Positions 7,653-18,091 of a stretch of 28,192 nucleotides of DNA are shown here, one piece after another. The stretch spans positions 1 through 28,192 of the IMG/VR virus record IMGVR_UViG_3300014050_001597; one strand, written 5' to 3'. The translations under genes were made by a program, and so were the position numbers. The DNA comes from a virus (lineage: Duplodnaviria > Caudoviricetes). Position 1 is the stretch's first letter, and each line of letters opens with the position of its first letter. The notes beneath the pieces are model-generated. The model worked only from the letters and a program-made list of their open reading frames with translations, made no database searches and was not told the DNA's origin.

Positions 7653-9666
7653 ATGTGTAGCTTTTGATAATGCGTGGCTGGGATTAGGAGATCTATCAGT
7701 ATTGTCTGTGGATCAGAATCCTATGATTCATAGAAATGAATTTGATATTGAGCATCCAGATTTGCACTTGATGAAGTTATTGCGCAATCCTCAGTATATT
7801 GGAGCCACATGCAAGTTGCTTTTTAATATTGAATTACATCCTATTCAGATGGCTATCCTACAGGAATTCTGGATTAGACCATTTCCTATGTATATCGCCA
7901 GCCGTGGTTGGGGCAAGTCTTTCTTATTGGCCCTATACTGTATTATAAGAATGACATTTTATCCAGGTACCAAGATAGTTGTTGTGGGCGCCGCATTTCG
8001 TCAGAGTAAAATTATCTTTGAATATATGGAAACTATTTGGCGAAGCAGTCCGATATTAAGAAGTATTTTTGGTAGTGGTGACGATGGCCCAAGACGAGAT
8101 GTAGACAGATGCACTATGAGACTGGGAGATAGCTGGACAGTTGCTATTCCTATGGGTGACGGAAGTAAAATTAGAGGTTTAAGAGCACACATTATTATCG
8201 CAGACGAATTTGCATCAATCTCTCCGGATATTTATGAAACTGTAGTCTCAGGCTTCGCGGCAGTGTCTGCTAGTCCAATACAAAACGTGAAAGAAGAAGC
8301 TAGAAAAGCAGCGATGATAGAGGCCGGACTATGGAATGAAGAACTAGAAATATTAAATACAAAAATGGGCAACCAAGCTATTATTTCTGGAACAGCAGAC
8401 TATGCCTTTAAGCACTTTGCACAGTATTGGAAACGATATAAAGCTATAATAGAAAGCAAAGGAGATACTAAAAAACTAGAAGAAATATTTAAAGGAGAGG
8501 TTCCATCCAATTTTAACTGGAGAGATTACTCTATTATTAGAATACCATACGAATTAATTCCTAAGGGCTTCATGGACGATAAACAGGTATCACGAGCCAA
8601 GGCTACTATTCATACTGGTATCTATAATATGGAATACGCCGCTTGCTTCGTTAGCGATAGTGAAGGTTTCTTCAGACGCAGCCTGATTGAGAATTGCGTT
8701 GTCTCCAACTCAAATATTCTTATAGATAATAAACCCGTCAAGTTTTCTGCAACAATCCATGGCGACTCAAATAAACAATACGTATATGGAATTGACCCCG
8801 CTAGTGAACAAGATAATTTTAGTATCGTTATTTTAGAAGTTAATCCAACCCATTCTCGTATAGTATATTGCTGGACTACTAATCGTGCTAATTTTAAAGA
8901 GAGACAAAAAATAGGTTTAGCAACTGAGCACGATTTTTATGGATTCTGCGCTCGTAAGATTCGTAATCTAATGAAAACCTTTAATCCCATAAGAATAGGT
9001 ATGGATGCTCAGGGTGGCGGAGTAGCAATCGAGGAGGCTTTACATGATCCGATGAAGGCTGATCCTGGAGAACTCTTAATATGGCCAGTTATAGATGACA
9101 ACAAGAGTAAAGATACTGACGGACAAGCCGGGCTTCATATTCTAGAGCTTGTGCAGTTTGCTAAAGCAGAATGGACCAGTCAAGCTAATCATGGTATGAG
9201 AAAAGACTTTGAGGATAAAGTTCTATTATTTCCTGAATTTGATAGCTTAACACTTGGTTTGGCTCTAGAACAAGAAAATAAAAATATCTTAGAAACCGAT
9301 TTAACTAGCGCTTTGTATGATAGTCTCAGTGAGTGTATTTTGGAAATTGAAGAATTAAAAAATGAATTGACCACTATTGTCATGACCCAAACCAGCAATA
9401 GCTCTAATGCTCGTGATAGATGGGACACTCCAGAAACCAAACTTTCACATGGTAAAAAGGGTCGATTAAGAAAAGACCGATATAGTGCATTATTAATAGC
9501 TAATATGTTAGCCAGACAAATGAATAGAGCTTTGAAGCCTGTTGATTATGATATCATAGGAGCAGATGCTCGTACTTCAGTTAAGACTGAGGGCAATCTA
9601 TATAAAGGCCCGGAATGGTTTGTTAACGGGGCAAACGACGATATTTATACGGGAATTTATAAATAA
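7645..9666 (+). CDS. terL: Terminase large subunit
   Basis: Adenine-binding LHPIQ, Walker A SRGWGKS, Walker B IIIADE, RNase H-like YGIDPA and terminal KDRYSAL. Confidence 0.92.
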   Translation: MVKCVAFDNAWLGLGDLSVLSVDQNPMIHRNEFDIEHPDLHLMKLLRNPQYIGATCKLLFNIELHPIQMAILQEFWIRPFPMYIASRGWGKSFLLALYCIIRMTFYPGTKIVVVGAAFRQSKIIFEYMETIWRSSPILRSIFGSGDDGPRRDVDRCTMRLGDSWTVAIPMGDGSKIRGLRAHIIIADEFASISPDIYETVVSGFAAVSASPIQNVKEEARKAAMIEAGLWNEELEILNTKMGNQAIISGTADYAFKHFAQYWKRYKAIIESKGDTKKLEEIFKGEVPSNFNWRDYSIIRIPYELIPKGFMDDKQVSRAKATIHTGIYNMEYAACFVSDSEGFFRRSLIENCVVSNSNILIDNKPVKFSATIHGDSNKQYVYGIDPASEQDNFSIVILEVNPTHSRIVYCWTTNRANFKERQKIGLATEHDFYGFCARKIRNLMKTFNPIRIGMDAQGGGVAIEEALHDPMKADPGELLIWPVIDDNKSKDTDGQAGLHILELVQFAKAEWTSQANHGMRKDFEDKVLLFPEFDSLTLGLALEQENKNILETDLTSALYDSLSECILEIEELKNELTTIVMTQTSNSSNARDRWDTPETKLSHGKKGRLRKDRYSALLIANMLARQMNRALKPVDYDIIGADARTSVKTEGNLYKGPEWFVNGANDDIYTGIYK

Positions 9667-9667
9667 A

Positions 9668-9677
9668 AGTGTATAGT
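9668..9677 (+). promoter_or_regulatory. Putative late promoter motif (AGTGTATAGT)
   Basis: GTGTAT core 54 nt upstream of the portal ATG. Confidence 0.6.
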
Positions 9678-9721
9678 AGGGTTAATCGCTTTACATTTGT
9701 ATCATAATAATTTTATAAAAT

Positions 9722-11920
9722 ATGGCTAATAAAAAAACAAAAAATGACGTCATTAAAGACGCTAATATTATCCCAGAAGACGCATATGTTACATGGGGTG
9801 ATGATCTAGATAGTAAACAATTGGCCTTAAAGGCAGCAGCATCGTCACTTGATGAGTTTGCTTTAGTAGAAAGAGCTACCGCTGCTGGCGGAAGACGTTA
9901 TAGTTTAGACTTTTCTAATCTAGATGGCGTAACAGGGGGAAGGCCAGGATTAACCAAGAGCGATTATTATACTTTTCGTCCGAATGAGGCGCCGCCCAAC
10001 CAGATCAAGCTCATCCTGCGTCGTGCAGAAGACATTTACCAAAGGGTTGGTTTAGTAAAAAATGTCATTGATCTCATGGGAGACTTTGCTAGTCAGGGTA
10101 TTAGACTTGTACATAGAAACAAAAGAATAGAGCGTTTTTATAGACAGTGGTTTAAGAAAATTAATGGCAAAGATCGTAGTGAAAGATTTTTAAATAACAT
10201 CTATAAAAGCGGTAATCTTGTGATTGATCGCAGAACTGCCAAAATCAGTCTCAAAGTAACTGATAAGCTATACAAAGCTCTTGGTGCAGCAGATATGCAG
10301 TTGTCTGACATACCAGAGGTTCAGTTGGAAAAAAGAGAAATACCATGGAAATACACTTTCATCGATCCTGTTTATGTAGAAGTGTCTGCTGGAGCACTCT
10401 CTTCATTTGTCACTAATAAAACTTATGAACTACAACTGCCGCCAAGCCTGAGGCGCATTATCAATGCTCCAAAAACTGATGCGGAGAAAAATGTAGTAGC
10501 CAGTTTACCAAGTCAGATTATAGAAGCAGCTAAAGCTAAGAAGGCATATCCACTAGATCCCAACAAGACTCTCGTATTTCATTATAAAAAAGATGATTGG
10601 CAGTCTTGGGCATATCCTATGATTTATGCCATTATGGACGATATTACGGTTATTGAAAAGCTGAAACTGGCAGATATGGCCGCCCTAGACGGGGCAATTA
10701 GTAATATTCGTATTTTTAAACTTGGAAACTTAGAGCACAAAATTGCTCCAACAAAAGCAGCGGCTTCTAAACTAGCTCAAATATTAGGCAATAATGTTGG
10801 TGGTGGTACGATGGATCTTATTTGGGGTCCGGATATTGAATTATTAGAATCTAATACAAATGTTCATAACTTTTTAGGTGAAGGTAAATATGTCCCTCAC
10901 CTTAATAGCGTTTATGCGGGTCTTGGTATTCCTCCAACACTCACCGGAACATTCGGAGCATCTGGAACAACAAATAACTTTATTAGCTTAAAAACCCTAA
11001 CACAAAGACTACAATACGGACGAGATGTATTGGTGCAGTTTTGGGAACAAGAAATAGCACTAGTTCAAAAGGCTATGGGCTTCAAGTATCCTGCTAAAAT
11101 AGAATTTGATCGTATGGATCTGAGTAATGAAGATAGCGAAAAGGCTTTATTAATTCAACTTGCTGATAGGAATCTTATTAGCGACGAACTACTACAAACT
11201 AGATTTGGTTTTGATCCAGATATTGAAAAGTCTAGACTTAATCGTGAAAGTAGAGAAAGAGTGTCTGAACGAATGGTACAAAAAGCTGGTCCATGGCATG
11301 ATCCTCAGTTCGAGAATTCGTTGCGTAAAATTGCTTTGCAACTAGGTATTGCAACACCTAGTCAAGTAGGATTAGAAATGGACCCAAAGAAGTCTGGAGA
11401 AAAAACAGCATTAGAACTTAAGATGTCTTTAACTCCACCTAAGCCAACAGCGCCGATTGGCGGTGGGAAAAATACAGAGTCAGAGGGTATGCCCAAGGAA
11501 GCAGGAGAAGGCCGACCCAAATTATCTAAAGATAGCGAAAAAAGAAAAGACAGGAAATTTACTCCAAGAACCGGCGCTTCTTTGAGACTATGGGCTACAG
11601 CAGCACAAGATGAAATTGGTGCTATTATTAATCCAATTTTATTAGAGTTTTTTAATAAGAAGAATTTACGTAGTTTATCTAATTTAGAAAGCAAACAATT
11701 AGAAGATATTAAAACAAATATACTTTTTCAATTAGCTCCATACGCTAATATTAATGATGTCGAAATTAGCAAAAAAATGAATGAGCCAGTTGATTCTTCA
11801 TTAATTAATAATTACTACAATTGGTTAAAACTAATTTCTTTAGATATTAATAGAGAATTAAATGTTGATGAAATAAAACAAGCAAAGGCTTCTTTTTACG
11901 ATATGGTGTATAATCAATAA
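9722..11920 (+). CDS. Portal protein with C-terminal extension
   Basis: Immediately after TerL; helical 732 aa; portal-like segments GLVKNVIDLMGDF and VYAGLGIPPTLTG. Confidence 0.8.
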   Translation: MANKKTKNDVIKDANIIPEDAYVTWGDDLDSKQLALKAAASSLDEFALVERATAAGGRRYSLDFSNLDGVTGGRPGLTKSDYYTFRPNEAPPNQIKLILRRAEDIYQRVGLVKNVIDLMGDFASQGIRLVHRNKRIERFYRQWFKKINGKDRSERFLNNIYKSGNLVIDRRTAKISLKVTDKLYKALGAADMQLSDIPEVQLEKREIPWKYTFIDPVYVEVSAGALSSFVTNKTYELQLPPSLRRIINAPKTDAEKNVVASLPSQIIEAAKAKKAYPLDPNKTLVFHYKKDDWQSWAYPMIYAIMDDITVIEKLKLADMAALDGAISNIRIFKLGNLEHKIAPTKAAASKLAQILGNNVGGGTMDLIWGPDIELLESNTNVHNFLGEGKYVPHLNSVYAGLGIPPTLTGTFGASGTTNNFISLKTLTQRLQYGRDVLVQFWEQEIALVQKAMGFKYPAKIEFDRMDLSNEDSEKALLIQLADRNLISDELLQTRFGFDPDIEKSRLNRESRERVSERMVQKAGPWHDPQFENSLRKIALQLGIATPSQVGLEMDPKKSGEKTALELKMSLTPPKPTAPIGGGKNTESEGMPKEAGEGRPKLSKDSEKRKDRKFTPRTGASLRLWATAAQDEIGAIINPILLEFFNKKNLRSLSNLESKQLEDIKTNILFQLAPYANINDVEISKKMNEPVDSSLINNYYNWLKLISLDINRELNVDEIKQAKASFYDMVYNQ
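11905..11914 (+). promoter_or_regulatory. Putative late promoter motif (GGTGTATAAT)
   Basis: Overlaps the portal 3' end, 40 nt upstream of ATG 11945. Confidence 0.6.
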
Positions 11921-11944
11921 GCCAAAATAATCTAGGTAAAAACT

Positions 11945-13537
11945 ATGCAAATATTTGAACAAGAAAAAGCCGACGGCCTTGAACCCATCCTATCCGCTTC
12001 GGCCTCAATTTCATACGCTAGTGTTGCACAACCCTATGATGGTGCAAAGAAAGATACTAAGTACTTAAAGAGTACAGCATCTTTTATGGATGAAGATCTA
12101 TACTATGTACAGTCAATTTTAGTATCTTCTTCATGGAATAAAAATGATGATATATTTGATAAATTAGAAGTTTGGAATGCTCGCAATACCCCTGAGCATA
12201 AGCCTACTAATTTAGAGCACAACGAAGAAACAATCATAGGTCATATTATTTCTAACTGGCCAATTACAGAAGACGGTATTTTAATTGATGAAAATACTCC
12301 AGTAGATAATTTACCAGAAAAATATCATATTCTTACTGGTTCCGTTATTTATAGAGGATTTAGTAATCCTGAATTACGAGACCGATCTAACAAACTAATA
12401 GCAGAAATTGAAGATGGTACCAAATATGTCAGTATGGAATGTTTCTTTAAGGGTTTTGATTACGGCGTATTAAATAAAGCAACCAATGAATATAAAATTC
12501 TTAATAGAAATAACGAAACAGCATATTTGACCAAATATTTACGAGCATACGGCGGATTGGGTGAACACGAAAACTATAAAATTGGTAGAGTTTTAAGAAA
12601 TATTACTTTTACTGGAAAAGGTTATGTTGACAAACCAGCTAATGCTGATAGTATAATCTTTTCTAAGAATATGATTATAAAACCAGAAACTGAAACTAAA
12701 ATAGACAATTTTGAAGAAAAAAATGAAGAAATTGTCAATTCAGGTGTATTAAGTTTTCAATCCAATACTAATTCGGAGATTTTAACTATGAGTGCAGCTA
12801 AAGAAGAGGTTGTAATGGAAAACACAGAAGCTAAAACAGAATGTGCTGAAGCTACAGAAAAGGCTATTACACTAGCCTCTGAGATGAGCACACAAGTATC
12901 AGAACTCAAGACAGCAAACGAAAAGCTTCAAGCTGAACTTAGCGAGGCCATTGCCGCTAAGGATAGTGAAATTGCTCAACTCAAAGAGCAAGCTGCACAA
13001 GTATTAGCTCAAGAAATTGAAAAGCTTCAAACAGAAATGTTAGCTGAAGCTGCTAAGAAAATGGAAGAAGACAAGAAGGCTAAAGACGAAGAAATGACTA
13101 AGGTCAAATCGGAGCTTGACGCCGCCAATGAAATTATTGCTGGTTACAAAATGAAAGAAGAAGAGATGGCCAAGAAAGAAAAGAAAATGAAGAGAATGGC
13201 ATCTCTCGTTGAGGTTGGCTTTGATAACGAAGCCGCTTCTGCTACAGTAGATAAATTTGAGTCTCTTGACGATGATTCTTTTGAGGCTATGACTTCCCTC
13301 TTTGCTGGTAAATTACCTCCTTGGTTAAACAAGAAGGATAAAGAAGAAGACAAAGAGAAGAAAGATAAGCCTAAGGCCTCGTCTAATAATGCCGATTCCC
13401 AGGTTTTGGAGCAGGCTGAAGAAGATGAGTCTGTTAATTTGAGTGTTGGCGGCGATACAGAATCCGAAGTGGATTCAACAAGAGCTGCTTTGGTCGAATT
13501 CGTATGTAGCAAACTAGGCAAAAAGAATAACAAATAA
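11945..13537 (+). CDS. Prohead protease-scaffold fusion
   Basis: N-terminal NKNDDIF..EH..IIGH..VSMEC..FTGKGYVDKPA (prohead protease-like); acidic/Lys coiled-coil C-half; lies between portal and capsid genes. Confidence 0.75.
   Translation: MQIFEQEKADGLEPILSASASISYASVAQPYDGAKKDTKYLKSTASFMDEDLYYVQSILVSSSWNKNDDIFDKLEVWNARNTPEHKPTNLEHNEETIIGHIISNWPITEDGILIDENTPVDNLPEKYHILTGSVIYRGFSNPELRDRSNKLIAEIEDGTKYVSMECFFKGFDYGVLNKATNEYKILNRNNETAYLTKYLRAYGGLGEHENYKIGRVLRNITFTGKGYVDKPANADSIIFSKNMIIKPETETKIDNFEEKNEEIVNSGVLSFQSNTNSEILTMSAAKEEVVMENTEAKTECAEATEKAITLASEMSTQVSELKTANEKLQAELSEAIAAKDSEIAQLKEQAAQVLAQEIEKLQTEMLAEAAKKMEEDKKAKDEEMTKVKSELDAANEIIAGYKMKEEEMAKKEKKMKRMASLVEVGFDNEAASATVDKFESLDDDSFEAMTSLFAGKLPPWLNKKDKEEDKEKKDKPKASSNNADSQVLEQAEEDESVNLSVGGDTESEVDSTRAALVEFVCSKLGKKNNK
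12788..13537 (+). CDS. Nested in-frame scaffolding protein (internal start M282)
   Basis: GGAGA RBS at 12775-12779, in-frame ATG 12788, late motif GGTGTATTAA at 12743; starts at the protease/coiled-coil boundary. Confidence 0.6.
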   Translation: MSAAKEEVVMENTEAKTECAEATEKAITLASEMSTQVSELKTANEKLQAELSEAIAAKDSEIAQLKEQAAQVLAQEIEKLQTEMLAEAAKKMEEDKKAKDEEMTKVKSELDAANEIIAGYKMKEEEMAKKEKKMKRMASLVEVGFDNEAASATVDKFESLDDDSFEAMTSLFAGKLPPWLNKKDKEEDKEKKDKPKASSNNADSQVLEQAEEDESVNLSVGGDTESEVDSTRAALVEFVCSKLGKKNNK

Positions 13538-13560
13538 CTCACTTTTAATGGAGAATTACA

Positions 13561-14019
13561 ATGGCTCTAAAACCAGATCGTGTTGAACTTTTAACTGACG
13601 TTTCCTTTTTCATGAATACAACAGCCGAACGTGGTGGCGTTGTTAGTGTCGTAACAGCCACTAGTGGTGTTGGCGTATCTATGGATGATGCTAATGCTGT
13701 TGTTGCTTATGCTGCTGTAGCTTCTGGCGCCAAGCCAGTAGGTCTACTGCTTAATGATGTTGTTAACCTTGATCTAACCAGACAGCACATTAATTGGCAC
13801 AAAGACGAGACACAAGTTGGTGGCAAGGTCACCGTGCTTCGTGTTGGTCAGGTAACAACAAACATGCTCGTTGCTGGCACAACACCCTCCGCTGGTGCTG
13901 ATGCTTATGTTGGTGCTAGTGGCTTGATTGGAACCAGCAGTACAAATGCTGTTAAGATTGGTCAATTCCTTAGCGCCAAAGATACCGACGGCTACGTCAA
14001 AGTATCAGTTAACCTTTAA
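13561..14019 (+). CDS. Probable capsid decoration/cement protein
   Basis: 152 aa, Gly/Val/Ala-rich beta-type sequence directly before the MCP; GGAG RBS; biased codon use like the MCP. Confidence 0.7.
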   Translation: MALKPDRVELLTDVSFFMNTTAERGGVVSVVTATSGVGVSMDDANAVVAYAAVASGAKPVGLLLNDVVNLDLTRQHINWHKDETQVGGKVTVLRVGQVTTNMLVAGTTPSAGADAYVGASGLIGTSSTNAVKIGQFLSAKDTDGYVKVSVNL

Positions 14020-14047
14020 TCATTTTTAAAAATAGGGAGATAAACAC

Positions 14048-15058
14048 ATGTCAGCTAAAACCGAAAGATTTCAACCTACACCAGAATTAACAGATCTTCT
14101 TGTTCGTTCTGGTTCGCCAAACAGAGAGGTAGCTATCGCTGCTAATGCTGAATTTGCAAAAGCTCTTGAGTTACCACTTCGCAGAGGCGTTCTAAGTGGA
14201 GACATTCTTGACGGCATTTTCGAGCCAATTCAATTAGCTCAAAGTGCTACTCCTGAGTTCCCACTCGATTTCCTTGCTCCTGGAACTGAAAAGGACTTTG
14301 TTGCGTATACAATTCCTAATCACGGATATATTCCAGAGAGACATGTTGAAGGCGATTACGTCATGGTTCCAACATATGATGTTGGCGCATCCATCGACTA
14401 TCTCCTAAAATATGCTCGTGATGCTCGTTGGGACGTTGTTGGTCGTGCTATGGAAGTGCTCGAAGCTTCATTCGTCAAGAAGATGAATGATGACGGTTGG
14501 CACACCATTCTTGCTGCTGGCGTTGATCGCAATATCGTAGTATACGATAGCGATGCCAATTCCAGTCAGTTCACCAAGAGGCTCGTTAGTCTTATGAAAA
14601 CTGTTATGCGTCGTAATGGTGGTGGTAATAGCACTAGTGCCAATAGAGGTTTGTTAACAGACCTTTATGTCTCACCAGAAGCTATGGAAGACATTCGTAA
14701 TTGGGGTCTTGATCAAGTTGACGAAATTACTCGTAGAGAGATCTACACAGCTGCCGATGGCAGTCTCAACAGAGTATTCGGCGTCAATTTACATGATCTC
14801 GATGAACTCGGTGTTGGTCAGCAGTATCAGCTGTTCTACAGCAACACTCTCAGTGCCGCCCTACCAACTGGTAAGACAGAGGTTGTTGTGGGTCTTGATC
14901 TCCGCAAGAGAGACAGCTTTATTATGCCAGTTCGCCAAGAAGTCCAAATCTTCGAAGACGAGACACTACATCGTCAGAAGAGAGCTGGTTTCTATGGCTG
15001 GGCAGAGCTTGGCTTTGCTGTTCTTGATAACCGTAGAGTTCTAGTTGGCGCACTATAA
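14048..15058 (+). CDS. Major capsid protein (HK97 fold inferred)
   Basis: 336 aa, position in head module, GGGAGA RBS, C-terminal GFYGWAELGFAVLD, downstream terminator. Confidence 0.88.
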   Translation: MSAKTERFQPTPELTDLLVRSGSPNREVAIAANAEFAKALELPLRRGVLSGDILDGIFEPIQLAQSATPEFPLDFLAPGTEKDFVAYTIPNHGYIPERHVEGDYVMVPTYDVGASIDYLLKYARDARWDVVGRAMEVLEASFVKKMNDDGWHTILAAGVDRNIVVYDSDANSSQFTKRLVSLMKTVMRRNGGGNSTSANRGLLTDLYVSPEAMEDIRNWGLDQVDEITRREIYTAADGSLNRVFGVNLHDLDELGVGQQYQLFYSNTLSAALPTGKTEVVVGLDLRKRDSFIMPVRQEVQIFEDETLHRQKRAGFYGWAELGFAVLDNRRVLVGAL

Positions 15059-15094
15059 TATAGTGTCCAAACTATAATGTTTCAAAAGAAGATG

Positions 15095-15122
15095 GGCCAG
15101 TTTTACTGGCCTTTCTTTTTTT
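15095..15122 (+). terminator. Rho-independent terminator after MCP
   Basis: GGCCAGT-TTT-ACTGGCC stem-loop followed by a T-rich tract. Confidence 0.85.
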
Positions 15123-15149
15123 ATATACATTGTTTCAGTACGCCATTAA

Positions 15150-15159
15150 GGTGTATTAG
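15150..15159 (+). promoter_or_regulatory. Putative late promoter motif (GGTGTATTAG)
   Basis: Just after the terminator, 52 nt upstream of ATG 15202. Confidence 0.65.
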
Positions 15160-15201
15160 ATTTATGAATATACTAACACTAAAATTTATCTAGGGCATAA
15201 T

Positions 15202-15603
15202 ATGGCAGCTAGTAAATATGATTTTGTCATAGAGCAAGGCTCTTCATTTAAACTGACACTAGTGTACAAAAATGAAAATGGCGAAGTTGTTGATTTAACA
15301 AATTGGTGCGCCAGACTAACATGGAAAACCAATACAAATATTACACAGGTTTTTACTACAGATAATTTAGACTATAGTGTATATAAGTTTACAATAGAAC
15401 CAGAAATTGGCAAGCTTACGCTGTTGATCCCCGCAAGTACAACTAATGGTTTTACTTTTAATACGGCTAAATATGATTTAGAACTTCAAAGCGATTATGA
15501 TCTATATACAGGAGGAGGTAAGTACGTTAGTCGTTTACTTTTTGGAACAGCAACCATTGGTAAGAGATTCAGTCAATCCACTGATCTGCTGGAATGCGAA
15601 TAA
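15202..15603 (+). CDS. Virion Ig-like protein (BppU N-terminal-like)
   Basis: IEQGSSFKLTLVYK...VDLTNW.AR...YDLEL pattern typical of fibre-anchoring proteins. Confidence 0.6.
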   Translation: MAASKYDFVIEQGSSFKLTLVYKNENGEVVDLTNWCARLTWKTNTNITQVFTTDNLDYSVYKFTIEPEIGKLTLLIPASTTNGFTFNTAKYDLELQSDYDLYTGGGKYVSRLLFGTATIGKRFSQSTDLLECE

Positions 15604-15606
15604 TTT

Positions 15607-15834
15607 ATGAGTAATTTTACTTTAGAGATTTTTGATACCAAGCATACAGTTGAGATAGAAACTACTATAGCTGATACTGTTAATAATTTATTTATTGAGA
15701 CCTCCTCTGATAAAAGTGTAGACATAACTGTTGGATATATTGGCGCTGTTGTATACGCTAGTGATATTGTTGGTTTAGATTCATACTTAACCAATTTCAT
15801 AGATCACCACAATATCGATTGTGGTTCACCATAA
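15607..15834 (+). CDS. Small virion-associated protein ending IDCGSP
   Basis: Tightly packed ORF; C-terminus resembles IDGGTP of the next gene. Confidence 0.65.
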   Translation: MSNFTLEIFDTKHTVEIETTIADTVNNLFIETSSDKSVDITVGYIGAVVYASDIVGLDSYLTNFIDHHNIDCGSP

Positions 15835-15852
15835 TAACCAGGAGATGACATA

Positions 15853-18024
15853 ATGGCTGTTCAAACATTAATTCAGGTTCGTAGAGGCACAGCAAGCGAA
15901 TGGAGAATAGCCAATTCAACGCTAAGCGCTGGTGAATGGGGTTTTGAAACAGACTCAAAAAGGTATAAAATAGGTGATGGTCTAACATCATGGAATAGTT
16001 TGCCCTATTCGTCTATATTGCCATCTTCTAGCGATCTTTCTGGAGCAAGTGGTATAGCAGTTTCATTTACTGCAAACTCTGGCATACCGGTTACTATCTC
16101 CGTTACTGGTATTAACTCATCACAAGTTACTAATTTCAATAGCGCGGTAAGTGGACTATTGCCAGTTAAGAGTATCACAGCAGGAAATAATATTACCGTT
16201 ACTCCTAGTGGAGATAATGGTTTTGTAATTAGCTCTCCCGTAAATGAGAATACTGTTAAAGACATTATAGGCTCCACCATTGTTGGCGTGAGTGGGATTA
16301 GAGCAAGTTATGATAGCGTTGGTAAATTAGAAACCATCTCAGTTACTGGATTAACAAGCTCTTATATTGGAGACTTCAATACCTCAGTAAGCGGACTATT
16401 AGGTGTTAAGAGCCTGATTCAAGGTACCGGTATAGGCATTTCAAATGCTGGAGGAAATCAGACAATTAGTATTACTGGTATTCCAACATCTTTAATTACC
16501 AATTTTGCTAGTGGTGTCAATACCCTTATTGATAATGCTGTTAGTGCAAGTATTGTTGGTGGTAGTGGTGTTGATATTGTATACAATAGTGGCACAAATA
16601 CACTTACTATCAGCAGTGCTCTAACTGCAGGTAGTGGCATAGCATTAACTCATAATAGTGGAAATTATGTTGTTAGTCTAAGTGATCCTACTATTCAACT
16701 AGTAGAGATCACAGACCTATCTTCTAACGCTAGAAGCTTTTTACTAACACCAAGTAGCAATAATCTTGCAACTCTTGTTACTGATGAAACAGGTACCGGA
16801 AGTTTAGTATTTTCTAACAGTCCCACACTTAGTGGAGTTACTATTAATGGTAATCTTACTGTTAGTGGTAGTGGTCTAGTTGCTAGTAATGTTAATGACT
16901 TTAATACTGCTGTTAGAACCAATCGCTTGGATCAAATGGCTGTTCCTACAGGGAATGTGTCATTTAATAACGTTAAGATTACTAGTTTGGCAGATCCGGT
17001 TAGTGATCAAGATGCTGCTACAAAAGCATACGTAGATGCTGCACGAATGGGTCTTGATGTTAAACAAAGTGTTAGAGTTGCTACCACAGACAGTATAACA
17101 CTATCTGGAACCCAAACTATTGATGGGGTTGCTGTTGTAGCTGGTGATAGAGTATTGGTAAAGAATCAGACTACTGGTAGTCAAAATGGTATCTATACGG
17201 TAGCTGCTGGTTCTTGGAGTAGAGCGTCTGATGCAGACACTACCGCAAAAGTTACAGCAGGATTATTTACTTTCGTAACCGAAGGTACTGTTAATGCTGA
17301 TAGTGGATGGGTAATTACTACTAATGATGAAATAGTGCTTGGTACCACCGCTCTAGTATTTGCTCAATTTTCTGGTGCTGGCCAGATAACTGCTGGTGCT
17401 GGTTTAACAAAGAATGGTAATACTATAGATGCTGTTGGTACAGCTGGTCGTATAGTTGTTAATGCTGATAATATTGATCTTGATACGGTAAGTCAAACAG
17501 ATGGCAGCGGCTCGTCTGGTACTAGTTTTGTACAAAGCGTTACAAGAGATTCTTATGGACGAGTAACTGGAGTAACAACAGCCTCAGTACAAGATGCTAC
17601 AACGTCTGCTAAGGGTATAGCTAGTTTTGATAGTGGAGATTTTAGTGTTTCTTCTGGCGCCGTAAGTATCAAAGCTAGTGGTGTCGATAATTCTCAATTA
17701 GCTAACAGCTCTGTAACTATTGGTTCAACATCAGTTAGTCTTGGAGGAAGCATAACTTCCGTATCGGGACTAACTAGCGTTTCTAGCACATCATTTGTTG
17801 GTTCTCTTAGTGGTACGGCTACCAACGCTTTGAATATTGAGGTGGATGTAGCAACTACTGGAACTAATAATCTAGTTTTTGTAAATGGTACCGATGGAAA
17901 CCTCAAACCAATTGTTAATGATAAATTAAGAATTAATTTGAGTAGCAATGAACTATTAGGCTCGTCCAACACTACCCCAGCCACAACATTGAAATACTTT
18001 ATTATAGATGGTGGAACACCATAA
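15853..18024 (+). CDS. Long fibre protein (Mtd_N-like N-terminus, COG5301-like segment)
   Basis: IQVRRGTASEW...L..GE.GFETD....KIGDG...WNSLPY; VRVATT..ITLSGTQTIDG...GDRVLVKNQ...NGIY; Ser/Gly/Thr-rich; ends IIDGGTP. Confidence 0.85.
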   Translation: MAVQTLIQVRRGTASEWRIANSTLSAGEWGFETDSKRYKIGDGLTSWNSLPYSSILPSSSDLSGASGIAVSFTANSGIPVTISVTGINSSQVTNFNSAVSGLLPVKSITAGNNITVTPSGDNGFVISSPVNENTVKDIIGSTIVGVSGIRASYDSVGKLETISVTGLTSSYIGDFNTSVSGLLGVKSLIQGTGIGISNAGGNQTISITGIPTSLITNFASGVNTLIDNAVSASIVGGSGVDIVYNSGTNTLTISSALTAGSGIALTHNSGNYVVSLSDPTIQLVEITDLSSNARSFLLTPSSNNLATLVTDETGTGSLVFSNSPTLSGVTINGNLTVSGSGLVASNVNDFNTAVRTNRLDQMAVPTGNVSFNNVKITSLADPVSDQDAATKAYVDAARMGLDVKQSVRVATTDSITLSGTQTIDGVAVVAGDRVLVKNQTTGSQNGIYTVAAGSWSRASDADTTAKVTAGLFTFVTEGTVNADSGWVITTNDEIVLGTTALVFAQFSGAGQITAGAGLTKNGNTIDAVGTAGRIVVNADNIDLDTVSQTDGSGSSGTSFVQSVTRDSYGRVTGVTTASVQDATTSAKGIASFDSGDFSVSSGAVSIKASGVDNSQLANSSVTIGSTSVSLGGSITSVSGLTSVSSTSFVGSLSGTATNALNIEVDVATTGTNNLVFVNGTDGNLKPIVNDKLRINLSSNELLGSSNTTPATTLKYFIIDGGTP

Positions 18025-18091
18025 TTAAGATTATTTTGAGTTTTATATGGCTCATAATTCCATCCATTATTTTTTGAAATAGGTACACAAT

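Noticed and set aside
6905-9666. HNH as a homing endonuclease, or an intron/intein in terL
   Set aside because: The HNH is short and stand-alone with no intron context; TerL motifs are contiguous with no intein signatures
496-14019. Other shadow ORFs (496-762, 2748-3041, 3901-4185, 4292-4483, 5363-5623, 11362-11694, 13144-13542 etc.)
   Set aside because: Overlap better-supported genes on the opposite strand and show no recognisable features
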